Shown here in pieces: positions 34,801-48,770 of a stretch of 64,000 nt of DNA. Each line of letters begins with the position of its first letter. Position 1 is the stretch's first letter. Origin of the DNA: Lama guanicoe (Eukaryota). The stretch is from NCBI GenBank assembly GCA_013239625.1, contig MU053934.1, forward strand, positions 2,870,399 through 2,934,398. Direction: 5' to 3'. The notes under the pieces were generated by a model, which ran no database searches, was not told the DNA's origin, and was given only the letters and a program-made list of their open reading frames with translations. Both the position numbers and the translations under genes were made by a program.

Positions 34801-37800
34801 TTCTGCCTTTTATTGTTGTTTAAATTTTATAAGCTCAAACCATCTATCATAGTCTTCCTGAAATTATCAAGCAAATACACACTCTCTTAATACTTGTATT
34901 AACCATCAAGCTAGTTCCCTATTTGAATTTGATTTAAAGCCTTAATTATTGGCTTTCTTCATAAAACTAACAGTTTTCACCATCATTAATTAGTGCAGCA
35001 TTTTACTCTTGAAATAATAAATATGTGCTTATACTTCAACTGACTGATTCAATTTCAGCTTAAAAAGTGCTTGTGTAAGCAAGCAAATTGTAAGGAGAAA
35101 AAAGAAGTAGATGGGGTACCAGCAGATTTAAAAAGGCAAAACTATAGTATAGTGTTCAAAGATGCACCTGGGCTGATAAAACAATGAAGTCAGGAAGCGA
35201 TGGATGTTGCCATGGAAATGAGAAGTCAGAAAGTGATGGATGTTGCCATGGAAATCAGGATGCTGGTTTTGGGGGTGCTGAGAGGTTTGTTTGGGGGCAG
35301 CATGTGGAGGGCTCTGGGTGGCTGGCAATTGCTACCTCCTGACCTGCAGTAGGGGGGCGATTACAGGAACGCTGAACTTCTAATCATCCATTAAGCTACC
35401 CATGCGGCATGTGGTTTGGGGTACTGTGTTGCATTTGATGATAAAGTGGATCTTCAAAGAGGATTAAATTCCAACCCGGAAATACGGAAAACAAAAACCT
35501 GGGGCATACTATGTGACATCAAAGGCCTTCTTTTACAAATTACTTTTCCCACCTGCCTAAATTTATTCCTGTTTTTCCCTATCCCTTCTGGCCCTGGCAC
35601 ACCCCTGTTTATCTTTCAACCCCCACTCAGGGATCATGGTGAGAAACTAGTCCTATCTCTCCTCCTGTCTCCCCCTTCCCCCCTTTCCCACCCAGCGACC
35701 TGAGGCCATCCCCGCACCGCTCTGCTGTAGCTCTCACCGCGATGAAGAAAAATTCTCTTTTCATTCATCTGTCTTTCCCATTCCGCGGTGAGCAGCTTGA
35801 GAGCAGGAGCCTAGCCGACCCCCAGACATCCAATAAATCAGGTCTCAACCTAACACGCTTCTCTGTTCCACTAACTTTTCAGGTTCCACTTCAGAATTTT
35901 TCATAATGATTAAAAGAGGGCAGTACATCTTTTAAGAAGTTTAATTGTCAGAAGAAGGGTTTCCGGCTGAAGGTCTTACAGGTTGAATGTCAGTCCAAAC
36001 TCGGCAGGATTATACACCTACTCTGCATTTTCTTTAAAGAATGGGGCCTTCCCTTTTTGTGAAACTATGTTGTCATTTTCCCATAATGAGTGCACATTTG
36101 TGCAATAAAACAGTAAATGTAATTAATGTTCCTTTAAGATGATTTTTTTTCATTTAATTTGCATTCACTGAGCCGTTTTAAAAACACACACATGAGATAC
36201 TTTCACTGTAAATTAAAACTCAAATGCTTGCCCGTGTGTGAAAATGAACGTTCAGGTAAAGCACTGAGTCCTGAGATGGGTGGTGGTCAGCTGTTCCCAA
36301 TGAGGGCAGCAACAGCCCCCCCCCGACCCCGAGCCCGTCTAGGCTGTGACTTTGCAGCTCTTTTTATTAACAGGAGGACGCTATTTCTCCTCCCTTTGGA
36401 TCTGAGCTGCCTCACATCAGCCAGTAGAAAGCAGTGGGACTGAAGCTGTGTGGCCTTCAGGACGAGGCCTTTCCAAGCCTTGCTAATTCTTTTGCTCTGT
36501 CAGAAAAGCAGCCCGGGCTCTCCTGCTGTAGAGGCCTCGGGGACAGAGAAGGCCTGGAGGATGAGAGGCCACGTGGAGGGGAGGGAGACTCCCACTAACA
36601 GCCATCGAGGCCATCCACCACTTCCAGCCCCAGCCCAGCTCCCAGCGAAACGCTGCCGTGTGAATGCACCAGCCCACCAACAGAATGGTAACACCCAGCA
36701 AGTGCTTGCTGTTTTCAGCTGCCGCGTTTGGGAGTGGTCAGTTACACAGCAGTGGTGTTGGTTCTCAAGGCAGACCAGTCTTGCTGGTCAGGTTCAGTGT
36801 AACTTCTGGGGTCCTGGGGTCACATGGTTGGTCCCACAGAAGCAATGCCAGAAACGTCTCCAAGGCAGGTGCTTAGTCATTTGGCCCTTCTGCGCCCAAC
36901 TTCAGAGCATCCCTGTTTCCCAGTCATCATCTCCCTCTTCCCTGTGCTGTGCCAAGTGTGAGCTGGAGTCCTTCCCTCCCATCTCCCTCACCCCACCAGT
37001 TGATTCTCTCTTTGTCTTGTATTTCATAAATTTCTGGTATGTTCCTCAGACCTGAAAACATAATCCACTCTTCTATCTTCAAAAAAACCTCCCTGCCCCT
37101 CCCGCCTACACCAGGCATCTGTGTAAAGCTTCCACACCATCTCTTTCCTCCCTTTCCAGCCAAGCTTTTCCAGAAAGCTGTGCTCATTTTCCTGCTTCAT
37201 ATTTACTATGCTCTCACTCCCACCTCCGCGCACCCCCGGCCTGTCTGTCACTGCCGTCATCCAGGAGCTTCATTCCCCTCATCCCGGGGCCTTGTTGCCA
37301 CCCTGTCCTCTGAGACGCGGCATCCAACACCAGCAGCTCCTAGTGCCGCCCACATCTCTCCCACCTCCCTCTCTGAGGCCTCCCCCGTGTCCCTAGGGGC
37401 CTAAGGCCCCATTTCTCACCCCACTGCCCATGAACAACCCTCCTGCTTTGTGCCCCGCCTTCACAGTCTTGGCTTTCTCAAGTTTTTCCCCGGATGTTTC
37501 TCTAAGTCAGTTCTCTCCTCCCAACTTAAGAGCCACAAATCCACCCACGTGTAAGGCACCTCCTCTTAGAAGTTCCAGAGTCGCCTCAAATTCAACATCC
37601 TAACCATGACCCCAAGTCCCCCCCGGCCACCTAACCTTTTATAAGTGACTTAGCCTTGGGCCACTGGCTCTGCTAAGGTCACATAAGTGCCGGACATATG
37701 ACTACTCATGGGCCAGGGTGGCCTGAGCCAAAAATGGGGAACCAGAGAGGAGGCCCGAAAACCCCTCCCCAAGTCACATGCTTTTTATCAAGGGCAGATC

Positions 37801-38064
37801 AAAGAAGCAAAGGAGATACCAAGAACTACACTGTGGTCACAAGAAAGATAAACCTCTCAGCGCTCATTCCATCTAAAGACAGATAAGAAGCTGCTCCTAT
37901 GTGAGCACAGAGGGAAGAGTTCGGGGCTGAGAAACACGGCAGCCTTCCCTCTCCAGTGATGGAACAATGTTTATGAAAATCCTTCACATGGGAGCTCCTG
38001 GCCAAGAAACATATGACAGGGTTCCAACCCAGACCGGTGGGAGGAGTGGCTTTGCAGTCACACC

Positions 38065-38215
38065 AGGGGTTGAATCCTGCTCTGCCACTAAGCTGTGTGA
38101 CCTTGAACAAGTTACTTCATCTTTCTGAGTCTCAGTTTCCTCAACTGTAAAATGGGAACAATCATAGTTGTTCCTCTACTTCGTAAAGTTCTTGTGAGAA
38201 TTAGTGAGATTAGGG
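38065..38215 (+). mobile_element. MIR SINE (further MIRs near 9760-9900, 32790-32940, 55870-56030)
   Basis: TGAATCCTGCTCTGCCACTAAGCTGTGTGACCTTGAACAAGTTACTT...CTCAGTTTCCTCAACTGTAAAATGGG core. Confidence 0.75.
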
Positions 38216-38390
38216 TAATCATTCTTCCACGAGGCCTTGAACGACTTCCTGGAGTCGAAGAGCCTCTTGAGAATAAGAAGAAGCTGAGGGACAAAGTGGC
38301 TTTTGTGTCTGCAGACAGGCCACAGAGGGTGCAGTGGGAGCCTGGGGGAAGAGGTCCTGCGTTGGGGTCCACATGCCTGGGCCTGTCCTT

Positions 38391-38860
38391 TGTCAATGAA
38401 AAATTAAACGTTGATCTGAGAAAGAAATAGACATTTCATTCCAGCCAAGTTTGAGAATTTGCATCCTCAGAGAGCATCTCAGCCCTGAGAACGGTTCTGC
38501 CCGTTAGAAGTCAAGGCACAGCTGTATAAGCGTTTTGAGCAGAGGGCTGCACATTAACTGACATATTACTAACAGTTTACACAGTCCAGATCTAAGCATT
38601 ATACATGATCAAGAAGGAATGTTATCTTTTAAGGAGCTGTCTTGTTGGTACTAGAATGTTGCTCTTTATGGTTGAGCAGGTACTCCTGCCAATGTGGGAA
38701 GTTTGGTCGATGCATAAAGCAGATACACAATGTACAGTATGGGGGAGAGAGGGCCAAAGGGCAGCGAAAAGGGCACCCCTTGAAACCAGAGCAGGTCCTT
38801 GCCAGTGGTGACTGGGGGTTGGGGGGATTCCCAGGACGGGGATGAGCCAACATTCACCTC
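38391..38860. mobile_element. ERV-type solo LTR (family not identified)
   Basis: Starts TGTCAATGAAAAATTAAACG; LTR-like composition; boundaries approximate. Confidence 0.4.
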
Positions 38861-39539
38861 GAGCTTCCTCCCAGCTCTCTGCCGGCTCCCCTAACCAGGG
38901 CCACTAGTTTCCTATGATTGTGCAGGTCCCCAACCTCAGCCTGGCCTCTCAAAACCCAGCTCTGCACACCCATTTTTCTCTTGCCTTCTGCCTCCTTCAT
39001 TGTCATGTCAGCCCACTGGCTCTGCGTCAGAGGCAACTCCATGCCTTGAGCTACATTCACAGGATTTGTCCATCCAGGTCTCTCTGCTTTCTTGGGTCCT
39101 CTTCTCCCGTTGACTGAGCCACCTGTGCCCAGCCCTCCCACCCCCTCTCTCTCTCCTTACTGCCAGGCTGGGGGCAGAGACCCATCCTCAGTCCTAGGAC
39201 CAGCCCTGGCCCTAGGCAGCAAGGATGCTGAAAGTCAGGGCAGTTTCTGACCCCTGTGCACCTCTGTTCGCATCCTTGGGTCCAGTCTTACTCCTGAGAG
39301 CCGCGGCAGCCCTGTGCCAGCCTTTGACGGCTGACTCCCTGCCTCCCCAGCGCCCAGATGCACTTCGGACCCCACACCCTGGGTCCTGCAGGTGAGACCC
39401 CCTCTCTGCTGGAGGCTTCCTCTCTCCCCACCCTCCATTTGCCTTTCTCTGCTTCCCTACCTCTGTCTACATACATGGTTTCCAGGCTTTGAGTTTTCAT
39501 TGATATTCGTGAGTAAAAAAAGAACAGGAGAAGCAGTAC

Positions 39540-40230
39540 CAACTTTTTATTTGTAAATCAGACCAATTAAAAAGAAACTGTCATTTACTAAACCTTAGAG
39601 TGGCTTCTCAACCTGAAACTCTAACTTCCCTTTTCTTAAAGCATTTTCTTTAGAAAACTTATCAACTCTTTCTCTGCCCCTTTGAGAGACAGGGAAGTCA
39701 TGTCTCTTCCCAGTTTTTCAACCCAGAACCTTCTCTGGGGGCTGGGTGCCACCCCTTAGAAGTGTAACCATCAAGGAAGATGGGTCTCTCTCTCTCTCCC
39801 AGCGCCTGTGGGGAGGTAGGTGCCTAGCTGCGCTGGACACCTTGCTCGAGTTGTAAAACCCTCTCCTGTCTTAAGATAGAAGAAACTTTACTTCTTTGGG
39901 TGAAGCCAATTAGTAAACACATATGGCCCATGATTTCCCTCTCATGTGAGCACTTAAAAACCCTCCTGCTTTCAGGGGAGGCTATAGCTCAGTGGTAGGC
40001 TGCGTGCTTAGCATGTACAAGGCCATGGGTTCAATCCTCAGTACCTCCAGTTTAATAAAACAATAATAATAAATAAACTTAACTACCTCCCCCCCAAAAA
40101 ACCCTCCTACGCTTTTTGTTTTGGGCAAGTTAAATTCAGATGTGGATCTAGTCTCTCTCTCCCTTCAATATTCTTAAATAAAGTCTTCCTTATCGGTTTA
40201 ATTTTGCTGGATACAATTTTGCTTTGGCAA
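39540..40230 (+). mobile_element. ERV-type LTR containing a SINE
   Basis: CCAAT, TTAAAAA and AATAAAGTCTTCCTT motifs in LTR order, ending ...TTTGGCA. Confidence 0.5.
39975..40101 (+). mobile_element. tRNA-derived SINE (Vic-1-like) inserted in an LTR
   Basis: GGGGAGGCTATAGCTCAGTGG...GGTTCAATCC...ACTACCTCCCCCCAAAAA. Confidence 0.8.
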
Positions 40231-41235
40231 TTCCTAGCTTGGTGACATGGAAGTAACAGTGATGGGACAGTCCCTATGAACCCCAAACCCACCAGGGAGA
40301 CAACTGCCCTGGGTTATGGAGAGGTTCCTAATGTCATGGGACTTACATGTAGGGTCTCCCCTTTAATTTATGGTGCTGATTGATTTCCTACATTGGCGCT
40401 GTCCTTGCATTGTTGGAGTGAATTCTACTCCATCAGATATTCCTTTAAAACCCTGCTGGATTTGACTGGCTAATATTTTATTGACAATTTTGCATCTGCA
40501 TTTGTAAGTCAGGTTATTCTATAAATCTCTTTTTATGCTAGCTTTCTCAAAATTTGGGAAACATGGAAGAAAAGCTAAAAAGGGTAATAAGTGAAAAAAT
40601 ATTGCTTTCACATTTAGATTTCAGGATAAAAAAGCTGTCAAATATCAAATATTTCAAAATTCTATTACAGGAGAAAGAGAACCGAGGGCTGTCTCTCTCA
40701 ATGCTGCAATCATCCCATTGAGACCTCATGTTCTCTGAATATCACGCTTATTTAAGAAATTTGCTAAGCTCGCTGTTGAATCATTCATGTCTACTGACAT
40801 AATTTTTGAACCATCATCAATTTTCATGAATTATATAATTTAGCCTGAGCAATTTACAAGCATTTGAAACAACTAAATTATTCAAAGAGTCTTAATATGA
40901 GCAATAAAAAGTAAATGAACATATGTATTAGCATCAGAGGAATTCATTTTTCCCCCCTAGGAGGCAAGTCTGAGTTCAGGTGAAGCAGGTAAAGCAAAAA
41001 TGCGTTGGTTTTAAGGCTTTTTCTGTAATTTTAAACTCTAGCCGGCAAGCCTGTTTCTGATTAGCAGCTGGCCGACCTCCATTCTAAAAACGACCTTCAT
41101 CTTCCCGATCTTCTGTTTTCTAAATTTATAAAGAGAGGCTTGAGTGCATTCTCCCCACAGTTTAAGGATGTGGCAGTTGCACTGAACTAACTGGGAAGAT
41201 TTCCTTCCATCTGTCACTTAAAAGTAACTTGTCTT

Positions 41236-41352
41236 TCACATGCTCCCCAATGTTCATAGCAGCACTATTTACAATAGCCAAGACATGGAAGCAACCTAAA
41301 TGTCCATCAGTGCATGACTAGATAAAGAAGATGTGGTGTGTGTGTATATATG

Positions 41353-41397
<45 letters not shown>

Positions 41398-41869
41398 GAA
41401 TATTACTCAACCATAAAAAACAATGAAATAATGCCATTTGCAGCAACATGGATGGATCTAGAGATTATCCTTTAAGCGGAGTAAGACAGACAATGACAAA
41501 TATCATATGATATCACTTAATGTGGAATCTTTTAAAAAATGTTACAAATTCTGTTTACAAACCCAAAACAGACTCACTGACATAGGTAATATTCTATGGT
41601 TACCAAAGGGGAAAAGGCAGGGAAGGATAAATTAGGGGTTGGGGATTAACAGACACACATTACTATATATAAAATAGATAAACAACAAGGACCTACTGTA
41701 TAGTACAGGGAACTATATTCAATTTCTTGTAATAACACATACGGGAAAGAATTTGAAAAGAAAATAGATACATGTATGTGTATGTATAACTGAATCATTT
41801 GCTGTACACCTGAAACTAACATCATAAATCAACTGCACTTCAATAAAAAATTTAAAAATTAAACTTAAA
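41236..41869 (+). mobile_element. 5'-truncated LINE-1 3' end with 16-bp TSD
   Basis: ATGTTCATAGCAGCACTATTTACAATAGCCAAGACATGGAAGCAACCTAAATGTCC (ORF2 end), 3' UTR and A-rich tail; AAAAGTAACTTGTCTT at 41220 and 41870. Confidence 0.9.
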
Positions 41870-43284
41870 AAAAGTAACTTGTCTTAAAAGAACTTAAAAA
41901 CTTAAATGAACTTAAAATTTTGAAAGAACTTGCTTGTTAAACTGTCTGGACCCGATACATTTGTAAGTGGTTAATTATTCAAAATGCTTTTCCACTTGTG
42001 TCTATGATTATTCTGTTTTTCAATATTTTACAACTTAAAAGGAAACCTGTTGTTGGTGTCTGTAAACTACTTTTTCTACATGACAGCAAACATTCACCTC
42101 TCAAGGATCTGTGTCCAGAGCAAAAGTGCCCCCTGAGAACTGTATCTTTGATTTCTGCAGCATAGTATTAATTTAATATGCTTCTTTAATAATATTATTA
42201 AATTGAGGATCAGATTAAAACCAACATCACGAAGACTCTCATCTTTTTTCTCTTTCATTAGCATTTCTACTTCTCTTTGAATTGGTTTTTGGTGCATTAA
42301 TATTTCACAGGATAATTGGACATTTCGTCTCGATTTTCCAAATCATTGGCACGAAATTGCACATAACATTTTCTTAGACTTTTATTAATTTTCTCTATCT
42401 CTATGACAGTATCTACTCTTCTTATTTGTACATTACATGCTTTTATTTTCTCTTTTAAAAGTTAGATGTGGGCCAGGGCCGCATTAAGTCTTCTAAAACA
42501 CTCAAAATAAAACTATTGGTAAAATCTACATGCAATTGAATAAGCTCACTGATGCCCTTAGTGCAAAATGTTTTCTAACCTGGAGGCAGAAAAGGTCCTG
42601 GTCATGACTTTATCAGTATTAACACTCCATCTTTGGTGTGTCATTGTCAGGTTCTTTCTGGAAAATTCTCTACAGGGAAACTCATGATATCAAAGTATCA
42701 GGACTTCTTTCTTCTGGTGGGAAGAGGGGAATTATTCCTTCTTCTTCCTCCCTCTCTGCCTCCCTCTCTTATTTCCTTCCTTGCTTCCTTCCTTCCATCC
42801 ATCCTTCCTTCCTCCTTCCCTTCCTTCCTGTTAGCTGTTGCCTACTTCCCTTCAGCAGGCTATGTCAAGGGCTTCATGTCCTTCCAAGTAAAGCTTGCTT
42901 ATCTCTAAAATGAAGGAATTACACCATGCCTGCAATTTCTTCATTTGCCTTCTCAAAATTATGTTTAAAAATAATTCAGAGCTGTGGTTGGAATTCTACT
43001 TGCTTGCTGTCTATATATGTATATGCTTTTCTTAAAAATTAGAGAAAAGTGAGTGATTGCATCATTATCCCAAGTGAGATAAAAGGAACTTGTAATTGGA
43101 CATCACATGGGTCCTGGTAACTTCTCCATCTGGCCACTGCAGGAGGTCTCTTGGGCCAAGAGCAAACCCCACTGGTGTTACCACCATCGGAAAGAGAACT
43201 GGGATAAAGCCAGACTCTAAGACTGCCCTGAAGGCTGCAGAACCCCACCTTTGAGCAGAGGACTGGGAAGAGTGTCAGGGTGCC

Positions 43285-43820
43285 CAGCTTAAAACAACAT
43301 CCTTTATTATCTCACAGTCTCTGCGTCAGACCAGATGTGGCTCAGCTGGATCCTCCAGCTCAGGGTCTCTGGCGAGGATACAGTCAAGGTGTCAGCCGGG
43401 GCCACAGTCATCCCAAGGTTCAGCTGAGCCAGGATTCGCTGCCAGGGTAGCTCAGTGATTGTTGGGGGTCTCAGTGCCTCATGTACCGTGGGAATAAGAG
43501 TCTCGGTTCATTTCTGACTGTTGCCCGGAGCCTGACATGCTCAGTTTCTTCACAGATGAGCCCTTCCATCAGACAGTTCACAGCATGGCAGCTAGTTTTA
43601 TCAAAGTTAACAAAAGAGAGACCAAGAGAGGGCCAATAGGAGGAAGTCACGGTCCTTTATAACCTACCCTCAGAAGTGATGTCACAGCGCTTGTGTGGTA
43701 TTCTGTTGATTAGACGCAATGACGAGGTCCAGCCCATACACAGGGGGAGGAGACATAAGGGCACGACTACCGGGAGGCAGAGATCATTGGGAACCATTTT
43801 CGAAGGCTGCCTACCACAAG
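43285..43820 (-). mobile_element. MaLR (MLT1-like) LTR
   Basis: GCTTAAAACAACA...TTTATTATCTCACAGT...GAAGGCTGCCTACCACA. Confidence 0.6.
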
Positions 43821-46800
43821 AGTCTGAAATAAAACCAGGTACATGTGGAATTTACTAAGACAAGGGGTCATTTCAAATCATAGTGAAAGTGTGGATGACA
43901 TACCCTGAAAGTTTTGAGATAATTAGCTCTCATTTGGAAATTATGTTCCCTAACTCACGCTATTGGCAAAAATAATTTCCAAATTGGCTAAAAATCTAAA
44001 AATAAAACAATACAACACCATAAAAGTACTAGAAGAAAATACAGGCAACTGCTTTTATGATCTTCAGATGGGACTGTCCTTCTAAATGTGACTAGTGCGA
44101 ACGGTTCGCAAGGGAAGGAAACCCTCAGGCATTATTATAATTGTTACATTCCCAGGACTAGACACTGTATCTGGCATGTTATAAATGCTTAAATAATACT
44201 TGGTGAGTAATGGCAGAAGGAATGAAACCCAAAAGCTCTAGCAGAAAATATTGACAGATTTGACTATATACAACTTTTAAATGTGTAGGTGGTGGTGGAC
44301 ACTAAAAATAAAGTTAAAAACAAAACCACCAAGCAATTTGTGCAAGACATTTAGAACTTCAGTCATACTCCTTGCTCCTACCCACCCTTCCAGATCCTTC
44401 TCACTAGAAAATGTAAAGAACTGAGGCAAGTGGAGAAAAAAATGTTAGCTTTTTAAGTGGCTGAAAACTATTCAACATCCCCAATTTCCAAACCTTCTGG
44501 TAAAACATGTTAGACTCTGTGACCCATGAATAAACCCATGGGAATGTGGTGGGCTTGTCCCAAGAAGAGGGGAAGGAGAGGAAGTGTCTGCTGTAACTGA
44601 TTTTAGGTGAGTTAAGAGAACTTGAGGTAGACATGGACGTGTCTGAGCAGGGTATTCCCCGGGGTAGGAGAAAGAAAAAATGGAGGAAGAGGGTGAGAGA
44701 GGGGTCAGAATTCCTCTCCTCTGTGGAGATCATTGAGTGAGTGTGCGCGCCTGTGTGTACCTGTGTGTGTGTGTGTGTGTGTGTGTATGTTTTGGGGGAG
44801 GAGAGATGTTCCCTCTTCTCAACACTTCACGACAGGTGCAGCCACAGAGGGTCACTACATACAAAGGGTTTCCTCAAGGAAATGAAGGAGCAACATTAAA
44901 TTGAAGGGGAAAGATGGGTGGGGAATTTACAGAAGAAATACAAATGGCCGATGAAGGTGTAGCAGAATGAGAATATTTTCCCCTCACCTTTCCTGGACCA
45001 TCTCACTCCTCGTGGGGAGAAGGCTTCTGGCCATTCAAAGATTATTTGTAGCATAAAAGCACATCAAAGCTAATCTACAACAGGTGTTCAGTTTGAGCAA
45101 GTTTATCAAGATTCAGTCAGAAAATCAGAAATCATTCTATGCATTCCATGTGTGAAGGACTAAGTACAAGAACTGGGGGCTTATGCCGTTTATGGAAGCT
45201 CAGAGAAAGCCAAGATCAGAGAAGCTAAGAACAGAAGATCCCAGCCTCAAGCAAGCAGTTGGTTCTTGGACGTTCTCCAGGAAGCTGTGCCTAACATACA
45301 CTCCCAGGACTGGCTGCACCTGCTTCCAGTGAATAATGCCTTGTCATCTCTTAAGCTTCCCACTTCTCACAGAGGGTCTCTAACAAACAAACTTTAATCC
45401 TGGACCACAGGAGAAAGGGATTCTGGAAACTGTAGTTTCCACTTCTCCTCTGTAATGTATGAGAGACCTCATGTGGCAATGGTGGTGATGCCAAGGTGAT
45501 TCAGAGAGTTCAGCTCCGTCCACCGGGATCCACACACACTCCTACACTCGAATTTGATTGCCAAATACAGGCAGTGAGAGCATCATTCTTCTGCATAACA
45601 TGATCCAACTCTCTCAGTCAAAAGAAGAGACTTACATCTCTCTCCAAAGTCCAATTTATCTTTTATCCTTTCTTATCTCAGTCACAACTCCCCTTTAATA
45701 TCTTATAACGTAAGTGTTGAATCAAACATACCTTGTACTAGATAGAAATGGAAAGGGGGAAAGTTTAAAAAAAGGAAAAATGTCGAAGAAGAGGTAGGCA
45801 AAATTTTGGGATACTTTTTATGAGCCATTTAATGATGTATTTCAAACCGGAGACATCTTTGGGGAATTCCTTAAAAGAAATTTGTATCAATCAAGTATCA
45901 GAGCTTATAACACCGACTTAACTTTGTGGATGCCGATGCATCAGGATACTCTTAGTAATTCAATAAATAATAAAAATGGAGTATAGGTTTCTTCTTTTTT
46001 CAAAAACAAAGGAGAAAAAACTGAATAGTCCCTACACAGTCCTCATTTTTGCAACTGGCCACATGGACACAGCTAGTATTAATAACTTTTCCTTCTGCCT
46101 CCATTCTGTTTTCCTTGCCCTCAACCAGCACTTCCACACTCCTGGTTCTTTACCTGGCAGGGCAACCCCCACCATCCTTGAAGGTGGTACTGCCTCTGGT
46201 GGGTCGCTGTAGTTTTGAACTAGCTTTTACCACTGAACGTGTAATATTAAGAGGCACTGCAAACAGGGTCCTGGGTTCCAGAGGTGCTCTTCCTTCTGCA
46301 TTATGAAATAACAATCTCCTTTCTGCTTGAGAGTCACAACCCATCACCCCAACAGGACAGTGACTCCTTTCTTACCTGTTGGTTCAGCCATATGAGAAAC
46401 CCCAAATGGCCAGGTGACAGCCACTTTAAGGGGCTCTGGGTCTGTGAGCTGGCCTGGTTCTGGACCTGGACAAGGTTGGAAAAGCTCCCTAGTATGGCGA
46501 CTCAAATCACATCACCGTCCACTAAGAGTTTTTTCACACGCACAGGTTAAAACTTTCATAGGCTGCCCAGCTGTGTCTGTCCCACGTACACCATGATGGC
46601 TTAACTTCTGTTAAGTTCTCTCAGGTCGTGCTGCACCGTAACTACTTCAGCCCTGCTTCCCATGATGCTAACCACATCCACCTTCCAAGTACTTTCTCTT
46701 AGCCTCCACCGCACCTGGCTTCCGTCCTGCCCCACTGAATTCAGGGCATCTATCGCAAAAGTGGCATCTCCCACTATCATCCTGGTCCGCAAAGAAAAAC

Positions 46801-47316
46801 CACTGCAGAGCCTTTCAAGGAGAGGTGGTGTCCCTCTCACCACTGAAACAGGGATTATCACATTTGCAAAAGTCTCTAGGAGCATGTGGTGTGTTTGATA
46901 GAAAATGATGCAAATAGACTTAAGAGAAGAAGGAGTTACAGTGATGCTAATGGTCCCTCAGGTAAGCATTTGGTTTTCCGACCTTCTAACAGGAAATTAC
47001 ACCTTCCATTAGTGCCTCTACAGAGGTTGCGGGGGTGGGGGGAGGTCACACCTGAAAGACCCAGCTAGTTTAATCAGTTACCAAGTGTTTGCGCATCATC
47101 ACAAATTATGTCCTGCTATGAACTTGTCCTGACAACGATTCATTCTGGGCAGGCGCTCTGCGTGCTCATTAGATATTTTTGTCTCGTGCAGCTGCACATC
47201 TGCACTGCGGTGCAGCTCCATGTCCCTGGATGACTGATGGCAACGAGGCTTCCCCATCTTCACCACACTCATCACCCCACTGAGGTACGACTGACAAATA
47301 AAAATTTACATATTTA

Positions 47317-47412
47317 GGGGGAGGGTATAGCTCAGTGGTAGAGCATATGCTTAGCATGCACAGGGTCCTGGGTTCAATCCCCAGTACTTCCATTAAAAGA
47401 TAAATGAATAAA
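47317..47412 (+). mobile_element. tRNA-derived SINE (Vic-1-like)
   Basis: GGGGGAGGGTATAGCTCAGTGGTAGAGC...GGTTCAATCCCCAG. Confidence 0.85.
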
Positions 47413-47419
47413 AGAGATG

Positions 47420-48770
47420 TCTATTTGTAAAAAAATGTATATATTTAAGTTGTACAGTGTGATGTTTCTCATCCAACGTGATGATTTAATAGACATATAC
47501 ATGGTGAAATGATCACCACAGTCAAGTTGACACATCGTCAGCCCACAGAGTTCCCTTTTGTGTGTGTGTGTGGGGGGAGAAAACTTGAGATCTAAACTCT
47601 TGGCAAATTTCAAGCATACAATAAAGTATTCGTAACTACAGTCACCACGCTGTACATTATATCCCCAGAACTCATTCAGCTTATAACTGAAAGTTTGTAC
47701 CTTTGCCCAGCATCTTCCTGCTTCCCCCACCCCCAGCTCCTGGCGATCACTATTCTAACTCTCTGTTTCTATGAGTCCCACTTTTCAGATTCCACATGTA
47801 AGTGAGATCATACAATATTTGTCTTTCCGGGTCTGGCTTATTTCACTGACAATAATGTCCTCCAGGTTCATCCATGTCATCACAAATGGCAGGGTTTCTT
47901 TCCTTTTTGTGGCTGAATAATATTCCACTGTGTCTATATACTGTATTTTCCTTATCCATTCATCTATTGATGGATACTTAGGTTGTTTCCATGTCTTGGC
48001 TATTGTGAATAATGCTACAATGAACACGGAAGGGCAATTATCTCTTTGAGATACTGATTCCTTTCCTTTGGATAAATACCCTAAACTGGGATTGCTGAAT
48101 CATATGGTAGTTCTACTTATAATTTTTTAAGGAACCTCCATACTGTTTCCCATAGTGGCTGCCCACCCCCAGTTTACAACCCCACCAACAGTGCACAAGG
48201 GTTCCCTTTGCTCCATACCCTCTACCAACACTTGTTAGCACTTGTCTTTTGGAGAACAGCTATCCTAACAGGCGTAAGGTGATGGATAGCTCATGGTGGG
48301 TTTGATTTGTATTTCTCTGATGATTCGTGATGTTGAGCACCTTTTCAGGTACTTTTTGGCCACTTGTATATCTTCTTTGGACAAAATAATCTATTCAGCT
48401 CTTTTGTTCACTTTTAAATCAGGCTACTTGTCTTTTTACTATTGAGTTGGAAGAGGTCCTTATATAGTTCAGATATTAACCCTTTATCAGATATATAGTT
48501 TGCAAATATTTTCTCCCGTTCATAGGTTGCCTTTTCATTTTGTTGATTGCTTCCTCCACTGTATGGAAGGTTTATAGTCTGATGTAGCCCTGCTTGTTTA
48601 TTTTTCCCTTTGTTTCCCATGCTTTTGGTGTCATGTCCAAGAAATCATTGCCAAGACCAACATCAAGGAGCTTTTTCCCTGTTTTCTCCTAGGAGTTTTA
48701 CAATTTTCAGACTTTAATCCATTTTAAGTTAACTTTGGTACATGGCATAAGATGAAGATGTAATTTCTTT
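47420..48770 (-). mobile_element. LINE-1 fragment (ORF2 C-terminus and 3' UTR)
   Basis: ORF 47785-48027 MFIVALFTIAKTWKQPKYPSIDEWIRK...YCMISLTCGI is the L1 ORF2 end. Confidence 0.9.

Noticed and set aside
35185..35255. Two copies of a roughly 36-bp unit (also a roughly 51-bp period pair at about 53295-53385)
   Set aside because: Simple two-unit local duplications in repeat-derived DNA; no spacers, so not CRISPR-like
36450..37055. 201-aa ORF
   Set aside because: GTG start, no recognisable domain, overlaps LTR-like sequence
45976..47070. Cluster of short ORFs
   Set aside because: Looks like decayed ERV-L/MaLR internal sequence; could not support a specific call
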